Source: Podarcis erhardii (Eukaryota). From it: a stretch of 64,000 bases of DNA. Shown one piece after another: positions 1 through 13,011 of this stretch; the first letter of the stretch is position 1; each line of letters starts with the position of its first letter. The notes beneath the pieces are model-generated. The model was not told the DNA's origin. It ran no database searches and saw only the letters and a list, made by a program, of their open reading frames with translations. The position numbers were made by a program, and so were the translations under genes. The stretch lies in the NCBI GenBank assembly GCA_964252035.1, contig OZ176204.1; one strand, 5' to 3'.

Positions 1-643
1 CATTTGCTGGGTCACTGCTTTGAATGTCTTATTGGATGAAAGGCATTCAGCCCAAGGGAGGGGGGGGAGCCCTGCATTTAAGTACATTTTGTTTCTCTCC
101 TGGTCCCCTCCCCACCCAGAAGTTAACTAAAACAGATATGTTGTAGGTTTAATAGGCCATTCATGTCCAAGCAAGGGAGTGTGAATAGTGGCTTTTAATA
201 CACCCTGGCTTAAAGCTGTACAGTTTTCTTTAAAAACCAAAAATCTGACTGGCCTTTAGGTACAAGAGCTGTTCTGTACAAATATTCCTGCCTTCCACGT
301 TGCTGTAGTTTGATGGAACCAAAGGGAAACTAACATCCCTGTCTCAGTCAGTGAGGAAATGTTTATTCCTTTGGAAACCATTATTTTGATGGATAGATTG
401 CTTTCTAAAGTTAGATTTTGTTAATTGAAACCCTTGTTTTTAAGGATTCGATCATAGTGATGTAGAGGGGTACACCATAGTAAAATAGCAGCGGATAAAC
501 GGCACAATAGAGGAACAATGCCTCATAAGTTGGCAACATGATTTGATTTGCATGGAATTTTGCTCCATGCTGGGTGAAGTATGTTTGATTTCCCCCGCAA
601 CTTTTGCTTTGGAATCATCCATATGCTGTATCCTGAAAACAGA

Positions 644-775
644 TTACAGATAGGTAGCCGTGTTGGTCTGCCATAGTCAAAACAAAAAAAATTCCTTCCA
701 GTAGCACCTTAAAGACCAACTAAGTCAGTTCTTGGTATGAGCTTTCGTGTGCATGCACACTTCTTCAGATACACA
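644..775 (-). mobile_element. Penelope-like retroelement terminal (pseudo-LTR) fragment
   Basis: TTACAGATAGGTAGCCGTGTTGGTCTGCC...GAGCTTTCGTGTGCATGCACACTTCTTCAGATAC, near-identical to the copies at 19727 and 44631; resembles recalled reptile Penelope/Poseidon ends; 11-bp direct repeat CTGAAAACAGA at 633-643 and 776-786. Confidence 0.75.
735..772 (-). ncRNA. Minimal type I hammerhead ribozyme motif (antisense to BTRC)
   Basis: Minus strand reads GUAU-CUGAAGA-A-GUGUG(CAUG)CACAC-GAAA-GC-UC-AUAC: catalytic core, 5-bp stem II, palindromic AGCU stem III, 4-bp stem I. Confidence 0.65.
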
Positions 776-2507
776 CTGAAAACAGAGTACAGTATGTTAG
801 AACAGGAAAGAAAAGCTACCATATGTGTTTTGTGGTTGCTTTTTTATTTTATTTTATTTTATTTTTTTTACTGAGTTTTTGTGCAAATGCAAACAAGACT
901 CTACCTAACAAACAAATCTACAGAAAACAAAGAAACAAAGCAAAGTTTCTGTGGTTGCTTTGTATATGTGTCTGTAAGCAAAAACCTGTGCCTTTTGCCG
1001 TGGTGATCTGCCACATCCCTCTAGCACAATGCATTAGTAGTCTGCTGTCTTTGTAGCTGGGTGTGGGGGTCAGCTGCTCCCTTAACCTGGCCAAGCAGCC
1101 TCTCTCAATCACTGGGCAATGAGCAAGGTGAAGCAGTAGTTCTGTTCTCTAATGATATGTAGTAGCTTCCCCCTCAGTCTGTCCCCCATTCTTAATAGCA
1201 GGTCTCTCGGTGAATCTTAAATTACTGTGGGATCTTTCACCCTGTTATACAACTTCTTAGGTGGCTCTCCTGTGTTAGGTTGTATACACACATCAGTAGG
1301 GTATGGACTACTTATTTCAAAGAGCAAGACTGATTTCTAGACTGCAAGCTCTGAAGGAGTGATAATTACACACTTAAGTGATGGCCAGTAACTTTGGGGC
1401 AGAAAGCAGGTAGTATGCTTCATTAGGAAGAGGGATGAATGAGAAGGGTAGGAGGAGAGGAATTGGACCACCCCACATTGCTTGACCATCACAAGTTGAG
1501 AAACTGGGAACAACAGCTGAAAGCTATGGAGTGTATTTTTTAATAGAGGGTAGCTTCTGGTGTGAGTCAAGTGTTCAGATAATAAGGAAAGATTATTATC
1601 TTTGTTGTGGGTCAGCAAAAAGCTAGAATGGATGGATCGGTATGTTTTCAAGTCCATATATTCATGCGCAATTCTTTAAATGTGCTTTAAAATTTGAATT
1701 TGATTTTTTAAAATCACAAATAAGTATTTAAATACATATTTTATCACAGTGTACACATTTTTAAATGTATGCTATATTAAAATACTTTTTAATGCATTTT
1801 GGTACTTTTTTGAATTGAGAACTTCATTACAAAATTCACAGACATGCAAAATCTGAAACATGATCCTGTTCCATTCCACACATTAATCCAGGAAGTGCAG
1901 ATCAGAGCGGGTCATACTGGAATTCACAAAAATTGAATTCCTCAAGCTTCTGTCCCAGGAACTTCTCAAGAGGAACTTATCCCTTTGCTTATTTCCAGCA
2001 AGGAGCCACAAGACAATGTCGATCAGCTCTGTAAAAATTTCTCTTGGCTACTTCAGCTCTTCAGATCACTATGCCGCAAGTGCTTAGGTGTGGCTTACAA
2101 AGAGCTAGTCAAGGAAAGAGGTTAAAAAAGCAATAGGCTTCAAAAGGATGCCATATGTGCTTGAATCATACAGTTCATGCATTTCCATCACTTACCGGTA
2201 GTTTTACCAAGATCTAAGTTTGAATCCTCACTCTCACTTTTCTCCCAACTGGTTGCTGTTTTCAAAGGGTCGCCTTGGGTCAGGCCCATTAATGCCCATG
2301 GATCTGAAGGTGATCTTGACATTAGGTCATCATGCAGGGGAGTGGGTTTGCATAGCAAGATCATGAGGACCTAAAGATGGTATAAGATGTATGGAGTTGT
2401 CAAAAGGAATGCTGGATATGTTTTATGGGGTAGGTTTGGTAAGAGAGTTCTGGGTTCAGCTACTTTTAAGAGACATTGGATCTGGCTTTGTATAGCAGAT
2501 ACAAATA

Positions 2508-2733
2508 CAGTAGTACCTCTGGTTAAGAACGTAATTCGTCCCAGAGATCCATTCTTAAGCTGAAACCGTTCTTATCGTGAGGCGTGCTTTCACGAATGGG
2601 GCTTCCCACTGCGCGCGCGCCTCCAGCACACAATTTCCGTTTGCATCCTGGGGCAAAGTTTGCAACCAGGAGCAGCTACTTCTGGGTTAGCAGAGCTCGT
2701 AACCTGAAGCGTTCGTAACCAGAGGTACCACTG
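2508..2733. mobile_element. Tc1/mariner-type non-autonomous MITE
   Basis: 18-bp TIRs CAGT(A/G)GTACCTCTGGTTA with 17/18 match; TA at 2506-2507 and 2734-2735; related to copies at 40810 and 51533. Confidence 0.85.
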
Positions 2734-3179
2734 TATTGGGAGTACAAGTTAGAAAGCTGTATCTGGAAAAATTGATACAGAATGTACAGTGAAGCTAGCC
2801 TACCTTATAATGCATTTTTCAAGTGCCTGCAGCTCCCATGCAGATTAAGCTATAATGTTGAGAAGAATCTGTGTCTTGAGAATTTTAATAAATAAAGTGT
2901 TTAAAAAAGAATGCCTCCCCAGACCTTTTGACTCCTGCTGCCTCTTGTTAGTGATAGAAATATGTTTTTGATACCCCTGTGACATATCACTATTGGTTCA
3001 AAGTCTGTTTTTGTGCTGTTCTTTCTCTACTCGGAAAGTGTTCTTAGACAACTTGTTTTCTTCATGAAAGTTTTAAATTACCGTACATTGCGGAGGGGAG
3101 AATGAAAGTGACCAATTCTTGAATTTGATGCTTCTTCTATGCTGGAATCCAGCATTTTAAAAGTATTGTGTGTTTAAAC

Positions 3180-3432
3180 CATGGGTAGGCAAACTAAGGC
3201 CCGGGGGCTGGATCCGGCCCAATCGCCTTCTAAATCCAGCCCACGGATGGTCCTGGAATCAGCGTGTTTTTACATGAGTAGAATGTGTCCTTTTATTTAA
3301 CATGCATCTCTTTATTTTATTTGTGGGGCATAGGAATTCGTTCATTATTTTGTTCCAAAATATAGTCCAGCCCCCCACAAGGTCTGAGGGACAGTGGACC
3401 GGCCCCCTGCTGAAAAGGTTTGCTGACCCTTG
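3180..3432. mobile_element. hAT (Charlie/SPIN-like) non-autonomous element
   Basis: Degenerate TIRs CATGGGTAGGCAAAC and GTTTGCTGACCCTTG, GC-rich subterminal GGCCC motifs; 8-bp TSD only partly preserved (GTTTAAAC vs GTAAACAA). Confidence 0.7.
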
Positions 3433-5943
3433 GTAAACAAAGATATGAAAATGGAACAAACAAGCAAAGATTCATTCCAGTTGCATATGACCTGGTTTCC
3501 CTCTTTGATGTAGCATTGTTGCAAGTTAAAGCGGAGCCCACAAATTGTACCTTCCAACATTTTGCAATTATAGAAGGCCAAAGCTGGATTTACATAAAAC
3601 TTCAAAGAGTAACTTTGGGTGGAAGCGACAACACAGTAGGGGAGAACATATGAGCAATGTAGAGAATAGAAATAGAGATTTCAATAGATAGTAACTTATA
3701 AACATTTCTTGGTTGGTATTGCAGTTTACCTATTGTCCTATTATTCTAAAAATGTGTTGGTAAATATGGTCCAATGTCCTTTAGCCATAAAACTGTATAG
3801 TCAAAAAAGGTAATAAAAATACATACTGTATTTAAAAAGAAAACCCACAAACAATTCCTTAACATTTCTGTAGTTCTAATCTTAACTTCTTGTTAGGAAA
3901 ATTAAGAAACAGCTCCGCTTAATGCAGATGTCTGAGTTATAAAAATAACCAGATGTCCTGATTAGCAGAAGCAAATGTTCTTCACTTAATATGTGGAAAA
4001 TTATACTCAGAAACTCTCTGGATATATACTTGTATAAATAAGATGCTATCGAAGTGAACTAGTTAACTAGCTTTTAAGGTTCAAAACTGTGAATATTTTA
4101 AAATGTACCACTTTTGTTCCTTTTTAAATTCCTAGGAAATAAATATGAGCCAGGAAGACTTCCTTCTTTCATAGACTCTGTTTAATAGATAAAACTTAGT
4201 GCTCTTAAAATAATCTAGGTTGCTTCTTTTTATTTTACAAGAATCTGGCTATATTAATCTTAGATGATTTTGAAAATCTTTTATCATTTTCATACACATG
4301 GGCTTTTATACATGCCGTTGTATGATACTGAAGTATTTTAACTGTAATCTTTTCAATAAATGAATAATTTGAAATTAAGAAAAAGAAGTGGCCATTGACT
4401 TTGCTTTGTGTTTTGGTGAAGTTTTGATGCCCATCTCTGCAGTGACACATGCTGTTGTAGCATTTTTAGATATGGCTCAAAATAATAAATAGATAGGTTA
4501 TATTATGAAGTCAATACTGTGCTTCAGCATGGTAAGAAAAGTACCGTTTCATATTGTCCCCTTCCCACCACCCTTATAGGAATTGCTTATTTGTTTCTTT
4601 AATACTTGCCTTAAAAGACACATGAGTGCCTGTATTTTTAATTTGTAGGAAACAAACTCATTTCCTATAGCACTGGATCAGATGACTAGGGAGACTACCT
4701 GTAAAGATTTTTACATTCCCACACTCTCCCTTTAATTGATGATAATGTAAATTACTGCCATATTTGTGTAAACATAAGCCTCTTACAAATAAAATCTTCA
4801 GTTACATGAAACTTCTTAAAAGCTAGGAAAACGCAGTTTGCATTGCTGGTTTATTGCAGTGTGTTTGAATGTTCAGAGAGCAGATCATTGACACAGTTCT
4901 TCAGGGCTCAAGCCATTCTCTATAGTTTGGTGAACTAGTCTGAGGTTTGTTTCTGTTTGGCATTGCTTCCTGATTCTTATCTTCAAAACCTTAACATTGC
5001 AAAAGGTGTATTTTGGCCATAAGTGTGTTATTTTTCTTGAGATGAGAGAATGGAGTCTGTTAAATGATTTAATTGGGTGTTGAGCCCATAATTTTTGTAA
5101 AGAAGTTTACATTTTCTTTTGCACGAGCTATGTCAGTTTTCATACTAGTGCTTTTTGAAGGAGCTGAGATTTATAATCTGACAAACTGCATTTATGAAAT
5201 CGGGATGCTGACGGTCCCTTTACAGTTGCAAGGCTCTTGAACTCATCTATCACTTACAAAGGTTATTGGAAAGGGACTATAGGAATTTTACTCTCCTGCA
5301 ACCATTAGATTGGCATTTATTTCCCTCCTTCTCTTTAATCCATACTGTGGCAGAGTCGCAAAAGTAATTCAAATGAATTTTTTCAACCCTTACTTGCTTA
5401 CCCCCTGCAGTGTCCCACAAGATTATGAAATCCAATTTGGGCACAAAAACCTCTCCCCTGGACTACCAGGAAACCTAACATCAGCCTGCCAAAGTACCTA
5501 GAATGTTGTGTTTGACCTTATAGATTGTCCTTGAGGTACTTACGGAATTAGTTGCAAACTGACTCTGCTGCTTCTGTGTCTCAGTTTTATAGACCAGAAA
5601 TGCTCATGTCAGGCTATACATGTTTAATCCCTACCAGCTCATTTCATTTCATTTCTCTTCTCATCTCCCTCTGCCCCTGTTCCAGATATCCTTGTCTATT
5701 CATATACATTGGCTTGCATAAGTCCTACTTGTTTGGAAGAGATTTGTTTGTCACCAGAAGCTCTGCTAAAATAGGGAATGCACATGACAAGATATTTGTA
5801 ACTGCTTTTCTCCCCCCAAAGCAAGCATGCAATTTTCCTTATTGGTTGCAGGTTTTAAAGGCAATAGGATGTTTTAAAGACCAATTCTGGCCTCTGGGAT
5901 AATGACAAGTGTTTTGCCTGCATAAACAATATATATTTTTTCC

Positions 5944-6729
5944 NNNNNNNNNNNNNNNNNNNNNNNNNNNNNNNNNNNNNNNNNNNNNNNNNNNNNNNNN
6001 NNNNNNNNNNNNNNNNNNNNNNNNNNNNNNNNNNNNNNNNNNNNNNNNNNNNNNNNNNNNNNNNNNNNNNNNNNNNNNNNNNNNNNNNNNNNNNNNNNNN
6101 NNNNNNNNNNNNNNNNNNNNNNNAGCCTTGCGCTTGGGGGCTTTGTGCAAAGGAGATGCTCAGCTGTNNNNNNNNNNNNNNNNNNNNNNNNNNNNNNNNN
6201 NNNNNNNNNNNNNNNNNNNNNNNNNNNNNNNNNNNNNNNNNNNNNNNNNNNNNNNNNNNNNNNNNNNNNNNNNNNNNNNNNNNNNNNNNNNNNNNNNNNN
6301 NNNNNNNNNNNNNNNNNNNNNNNNNNNNNNNNNNNNNNNNNNNNNNNNNNNNNNNNNNNNNNNNNNNNNNNNNNNNNNNNNNNNNNNNNNNNNNNNNNNN
6401 NNNNNNNNNNNNNNNNNNNNNNNNNNNNNNNNNNNNNNNNNNNNNNNNNNNACTCCAGAAGTAGGAATTGGAGGTACAGCCGACCAGCACACGACGACAA
6501 TTAATCAGTTTCTGCATACTAGCATGAACGCACAAGGCCCAGAAATGAACTCCTTTTNNNNNNNNNNNNNNNNNNNNNNNNNNNNNNNNNNNNNNNNNNN
6601 NNNNNNNNNNNNNNNNNNNNNNNNNNNNNNNNNNNNNNNNNNNNNNNNNNNNNNNNNNNNNNNNNNNNNNNNNNNNNNNNNNNNNNNNNNNNNNNNNNNN
6701 NNNNNNNNNNNNNNNNNNNNNNNNNNNNN
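5944..6729. other. Three N-runs (5944-6123, 6168-6451, 6558-6729) separated by 44-bp and 106-bp islands
   Basis: Directly visible undetermined or masked bases. Confidence 0.99.
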
Positions 6730-9562
6730 CCCACTGACAGCTTCAAACAGGATTAAGGATTTGAAAGCATAAAAAGTGCTCTCTGCATAGACATGGTTCC
6801 TCTCTCACACACAGATAGACATTTGAAAAAGTGCTGCATCTGTATGGCTTTATAATTAGTGCTGGCAAGTACAGTCTTTTCCTCCTCCCACCCTCAGAAG
6901 AAGAAGAAGAAAAGCATCTCCGTAGTTGGCATGGTTATTGTGATATCTGTTGTGAGATGAGGGGCTGTCTTAAAAGGTGGTTCTGTTCAGCTGATAGTCC
7001 TTTGGAATGCTTTCATCCATCCATTGCATCTGATTCCAGCATTTGTTTGGATGGTTTATAGGCATGAAAGTTGCAATATCACAGTTAAATTGCTTCAGTG
7101 CGACTATGAGGACATTTTAGGTAGGGGTGGCCGCTGAGTTTCCTATGTCATTGATATTAATAAATTGTGTATTGGGTTTAGGGGTAGTACCGAGCGTTGG
7201 GGTAGCTATGTTGCCATGCAAGTGAATTCTGTTAATTACAAGTCTTCTCACACAAATGGAATTTGTCAAGGGTCTCTTTTAGACACTTAACTGTCTAAGA
7301 TTAGAACATAGGATTGTCTCAAAAACATGCTCCTGTTAGCATTGTAAAAGAGAAGTGATCTTTACCTTGCTGCTGATAGTTCAAGTGTGCCTAACTGTTA
7401 AGATAAGAATTTCAAACCCCATTCACATGCTCAGCTTTCCCAGAATTTTCTGTACTAGAATCATGATTAAGTTCCATGGAAATGTTGTTTCACAAGAGAG
7501 GCCAAAGAAGCGCATACTTCTTTTCAGACTTTCCTTACAGTTATGTTACATATCCAATGCTTATAGGAGGCATTTTTATTGTGGGATTTTTTGTGTGTCC
7601 TCCATTCTTCACTGCCCCACATAATCCCACTGTCTTTCTGATAAGCATTTGGTGATCATGGGATAATTCCAGACATTACCTTCTACCAATACCATGTGGG
7701 TTGAGCTCAAGGGTTGAGCTGTCATTCTGGAAATGTTGGCTTGCTGAGTGCTAGATGTGGGGGAAGATTACCAGAGCACATACTATGAGGTAAACTGGTC
7801 TCAAAAAAGACCTGATTAATTGTGCCTTGTGCTTCATGCCTGAAATTGTACTGCTTGTGTGAGAGATTCCACATATCTTGCTTTTGTAAAAATATTTGTC
7901 AAATGAGAGCAGCCTGGTGAAAAGAAAGCATTCAATCTAGTACGATCAAGAGCTGTCAGGGTTTTCACCCACATCTTTTGGGGTGGGCTGGCTTCTGCTT
8001 TCTCCCTCCCATGTGATTTTACTGCTGTTTTGATTTCTTTGATGCTGTATTCTGTATTCACAGTTTTAGAATTTCACTCAAAACATTCCTTTATTGGTAA
8101 ATAGAGGGCACCAGCAATTCCCAATTTTTGCTTCCAAGGGCCCAGACCCTAGGCCCCAAAGAGTGCTATGAAAACCTGATGAGCAGTTCAGTGAGGAGTG
8201 ATGCCTGCAGATGTACTTATTTATTTCACCTTTGAAATGCATAGCAGAATCTAAAGATTGCAAAGAATTTCCTGTGTTCTAAAGTTTGTTGTCCACATGG
8301 AAACAAGATTTCCAGTTTCCAAGCAATCGGTTCCATCTTTGCTGCTGCTTAAGGAGCATAATCTTTTCCAGTTTTCATCCTTTGCCAAGCGTAACTTAAC
8401 TTGCTGACAAAAGTGCATGAGCAGCGCTCCTTTTTAATAGTCTGCTGTGTTGGTGCAGTAGAATGGGGCGACGGCAAGCTGTGAGCCACCATATGCACTT
8501 GGCAGTCATTGTCTGGTCTTTGTTCAGCCAACCTCTTAGTCTTGCCACCTATAAAGATAATGAATAAAACAAAGATTTCAAATTAGCTGTTTAGTTTCAA
8601 GGAAGAAATTGGTAAACTTGAAGCATGTTGGGACAGGCAACATAAAGGCTGTTGAATTCCATGGCATTTGGTAATGTATTTATCCTAGAAGGAAAGCGAA
8701 GGAGAGAGAAAAAAGGGAGCATGCGCTTCAAATATATGTTATTATTCTTGGTGCTGCCACTTGTTAGTACTGTATTCAGGTACCACCCTAAAAGTATAAT
8801 GTATGTACTAGTTTTACTTTTTCTTCTTCTCTACTTGTGTTATAATTCCATATTTCCCACCCATATTTTAACCTTTTCATGGATTTATGTCCTTCATCAT
8901 TAGTCAGTCTGTTTCAGTTTCAGATCATTCCTTAAAACATACTCTATAAGTAGATTGACCAAGACAGTGGATGGTGCTTTGTCTACCCTTTCCTATCCAG
9001 ACTCTATTCATGGTAACTTAGTCTTTACCATTTGGGTTAGCCAAAATACTGTTGGGTAGAAATCCTGTCTGTTTTTATATCCTATATAACATTATTTATA
9101 CCAAAGTCTTCAACTGTAAAAGAGCTTCTGGAACAGCTAGTATCAGTACGTAGCAAATATATCAGCTTGCTAAACTATATTGTAACAGTGGCATGGTATT
9201 TTGGAGTTCCTCTGTGTTCCTCTTAGTATTTAGGTTGCAACTCACAGGACTAATTTGGGTCTTTCCACAAAGTCACTGCTTCCAGGAGCTGTTTGCATGC
9301 TACATTTCTAAGTCCCATAAAAATATTTTTTTCACATTGTGATCCTTAATTTTGTAACATACAGTTGCTAGCATATAAAGTCCGGAACAACTCTGGATTC
9401 AAGTACCTAAAGGAATGTCTCCCAAATAACTACCCAAACCATGTATTACGATCAATGGGTGATGCCTTGCTTTCTGACCTATCTGTGGGCGTGGCAGTTA
9501 GGACAACGACATGTGACAAGTCATTCTTAGTGACTGTGCCCATTTATACAATCTCAGAAAAA

Positions 9563-9720
9563 TAGAATTGTAGAGGTGGAAGTGATTCAAGGATCACTCT
9601 AGTCCAACCCCCTGCAGTGCAGGAATCACAACTAAAGAATGCCTGATAGATGGCTAGCTAACACCTTTTTAAAAACTTACAGTGAAGGAGACCCCACCAC
9701 CTTCCAAGGTAGTCTGTTTT
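9563..9720 (-). mobile_element. CR1 LINE 3' end fragment
   Basis: Reverse complement of the CR1 3' UTR motif GGGGGTTGGACTAGA...TTCCA.CTCTACAATTCTA. Confidence 0.7.
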
Positions 9721-9834
9721 TCCTAAACAACATTTGGTTGGCACCCATAGTTGATACATTTAAATAAAGGCTGAAGACATTTTTATTTGTCCAGGCTTTT
9801 GGATCTTAATGGAAACATTAAGGATAAGTATTAG

Positions 9835-10490
9835 GACCTGTTTATAACTTGATCATAAATGATCTAGAGTTAGGAGTGAACAGAGAGGTGGCCAAATTTG
9901 CTGATGATACTAAATTGCTCAGGGTTGTTAAAACAAAAAGAAAATGTGAAGAGCTCCAAAAGGACATCTCCAAACTGAGTGAATGGTCAATAAAATGGAA
10001 AACGCAGTTCAATGCAAAGTGTAAAGTCAGGGCAAAAAAGATTCATAATTTCACATATATGCTCAGGGGATCTGTCTGTGGCTGACCAGGAATGAGGGAT
10101 CCTAGTGGATATCTCAATGAAGATGTTCACCTCAGTGTGCAGCAGCTGTGAAAAAGGCAAATTCAATGCTAGGGAGCAATAGGAAGGGAATTGAAATCAA
10201 ATAAGGTGGTTATACAAATCTATGGTACAGCCACATTTGGAATACTGTGTGCAGTGCTAGTTTCCTCACACGAAATAAGACCTTGTAGAGTTGGAAAAGG
10301 TTCAGAAAAAGGCAACCAAAATGATTGTGGTAGTTGGGATTTCCCAATTTAGAGAGAAGGCAAATAAGAGGTGACATGAAGTTTATAAATAGATAGAAAA
10401 GTGACATGAAGTTTATAAATAGATAGAAAAAAGTTGTTCTCCCTCTCCCATAACATTGGAAGTCATGGATATCCAATGAAGTTGAATGTT
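9835..10490 (+). mobile_element. Degenerate CR1 LINE ORF2 (reverse transcriptase) fragment
   Basis: Translates INDLELGVNREVAKFADDTKLLRVVK...LQKDISKLSEW..KW..QFNAKCKV with the RT FADD motif at 9897-9908; frameshifted downstream; internal 30-bp tandem duplication at 10371-10430. Confidence 0.9.
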
Positions 10491-10998
10491 CAGCAGGCTC
10501 TTCTTAGGTTCTTAACGTTCATTATCAAAGTCATTGAAGTGGAAGTAATTCCATTGTATTAAACCCTAGTATAGTGGGAAGCCAGGGCATCCCACTTTAG
10601 TTATGTAGAAGTGTTCAGATCCAGCATTATGGAAGTGCTTGGACACATGCTGGGAATACAAAAAATCTGACTTTGTAATATTTTGAAAGTCTTGTTTAAT
10701 TAGACGGGTATCTGTCATGAAGGAATATGTCTAGGGTCTGTTTATGGTGGCTTGCTCTTTTCCATGATACTGGATATGTCACAGGCTATGTCTATGGCAG
10801 ACACTCATTCCAATTTATCCAATTGCGTGCCAGACAAAATAAAAAATATTGACGCGTCTTAACAAAAAGAATTCAAAGGAAGTGAAAACTCATAGGTAAT
10901 GTTGCTGAAAACATCAGATTTTTTGCTTTCTTAGATCAGTGTTGAAAGGAAAATATCTGAATTAATGATTTCCACCTTTTCCCCTCTCGTCTGCATAG

Positions 10999-11076
10999 AA
11001 TTCATCTGAGAGAGAAGACTGTAGCAATGACGAGCCCCCCAGGAAGATCATTCCCGAGAAGAATGCACTCAGGCAG
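10999..11076 (+). CDS. BTRC: BTRC coding exon (equivalent to human exon 3): NSSEREDCSNDEPPRKIIPEKNALRQ
   Basis: Acceptor ctgcatag at 10991-10998, donor GTATGC at 11077; 78 nt, phase 0/0; closely matches human NSSEREDCNNGEPPRKIIPEKNSLRQ. Confidence 0.95.
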
Positions 11077-12624
11077 GTATGCACTGAATTTAGGTGTGCA
11101 AAACCCACCCAGCCCCTTTACTTGAATGACCTAGAGACCTTTGACATCCCTTGCAACTTGGAAAGATCCAAAACACATAAAGGAATTATTATTATTTTTC
11201 CCTCCCTCCCTCCCTCCCTCCCTCCCTCTCTCTTTCCTGAAAGAGTATATAAGTTTTCAAGTTATAACAGCTATTCTTTGGAAGGCACCTTGGAGCTAAT
11301 TCACATCTTTCCAGAGCAGTATGCAAGCTTACTTTCTTATGTATCGTACATTGTTCCAGTAATGTGCCTTAGAGAGCAATCTTGTGGGTCAAGCAGGTGG
11401 TGTGATTCTTTGCTGTGCTAGTAATGCATGGATACTGAATTCCTTGTCATGTGCTGTACAAGTGATCCACGTATTCTGCAACCACCCTTGACATCTTGGG
11501 GAATAGCAAGTTTGTATTGCTATCAGGCAAGTTTTCAGACCAATAGGCCTTGATTCTTATGTGTGTGGCCATAACTAAAGGAACAAACCTTCAGTTATAT
11601 TCCTAATCTAAACTTGAACCAGAACAGAAGAAAGGTGAGCTAATAGGCTTTTCAGTTAATACAGAATTGGCTGCTAATTTAAAAAGCGATTCTTGGAATT
11701 TAGATGCACTCCCTTACACACAAGGGTTATTGATGGTTTATGCCATAGTCTTAACCTTCAGCTGCTGTTACCAGTTTGCAGACAGTAGCATTCTGGTTAG
11801 TGAGGCCTGGTAGCTGGCATCAACAGGGTGCAGCTGAGATTTTCTTGGACAGTAAATAAAGAAGAGGTATTACTTGGCTGAATTCATTGGAAAAGCAAAG
11901 TCAGTCCAAATTGGCCTGCAGGCTATATCTTTGAGATCAGATATGCTTCCAGCCATGTATTTGTGAAATCAATGCTCCTCGGATATGCATTTTCTTATTT
12001 ATTTATTTTTGCAGGATCCACACAACACTGTTGGCATCAACATTTCAACCAATATCACTATCCCACCCTCCCTTTAATCTAGATTTTCCGTTTCTGGGAA
12101 AGATCCAATATTAAGGGGTTTTGTGTGTGTGATATTGCATAAAGGATAAAGCTGTTGCCATTGATCCATTTGTGATATCTCAATATCCCGTTGGTAAATA
12201 AATTCCCTGTCTGGATAGTCCCATAGGGACCTAGAAGGAATCGAGAAAGCAATGTGTTTCTTTTCTAAAAAACAGTTCTATTTTCTTCTTTGAATGCAAA
12301 TGTATATTATCTTCTCCTTTGCTCAGGAGGGGGCAAATTTGTTGTTGTGGGGGGAGGGGGAAATAAGGCTGGACATCCAGCCACTCCTTAAACTTCCTAT
12401 TTTCCTTTTATTTAGTAAAATGACCCTAAAATTCACAACAGTCATTCTCACTCATGAAAGGACAGCATCAGTATGTGATCTGCAAGTACATGGGTTAGAG
12501 AACTTTTGCAAGCATCATCTGCTTGATCTATGTACACATGGCAAGTATACAGCACTGCTTATTATGCATTGCAGAATGAAAACACATTTCCACATGGAGG
12601 TGTAACCTATGGTGGCCTTTATTT

Positions 12625-12778
12625 TGGCTCCATGCATTTAAAGTGTAAGACTTCTCCCAAATAATCTTGGGAACTGTAGCTGACCTCATACAGAGCTACA
12701 GCTAAAGTTTCCAGGAATCTTTACGGGAAGTCATGTACTTTAGGGGAAGTCATGTACTTCAAATGTTTAGTGGGTACC
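12625..12778. mobile_element. Old palindromic MITE remnant (squamate family; superfamily uncertain)
   Basis: Left CATTTAAAG..GACTTCTCCC and right GGGGAAGTCATGTACTTCAAATG are degenerate inverted arms; internal GGGAACTGTAGC/GAGCTACAG; 19-bp tandem duplication near 12725-12760. Confidence 0.45.
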
Positions 12779-12810
12779 TTTGACCACTTCCCATTACTCT
12801 TGCATAGAAG

Positions 12811-13011
12811 CAGTGGCGGAGCTTCATGTTCCGGCACCGGGGGGGCGGAGAGCAGGCAGGGGCGGGGCTGGCGTGCATCCTGAGGGTGTGGCATGTCGCC
12901 TGCGGGGGCATGGTGCCCAGCACAGGCAGGGGGGCAGCTGCAATGGCACCCACCAGGATCACACTGCCGGGGACAGTGTGCTTCTCCCACACTTCTCTTC
13001 CTCCGCCAGTG
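12811..13011. mobile_element. GC-rich hAT-type MITE (201 bp)
   Basis: TIRs CAGTGGCGGAG and CTCCGCCAGTG (10/11); 8-bp flanks CATAGAAG and CATGGACG (6/8) consistent with a TSD. Confidence 0.75.

Noticed and set aside
1-430. Possible conserved element at window start
   Set aside because: Repeat-free, but only one canonical TCF site (CTTTGAA at 18-24) and no other distinctive evidence without an alignment.
5839-6772. Long ORFs in the ORF track (also 28068-28658 and 45398-46177)
   Set aside because: Open only because N-runs contain no stop codons.
9849-10085. RT-like ORF as a host gene
   Set aside because: Frameshifted CR1 fragment, not an independent gene.
1-10998. BTRC exon 2 (CSMPRSLWLG...) or exon 1
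   Set aside because: No matching coding sequence found by eye; presumably upstream of the window.
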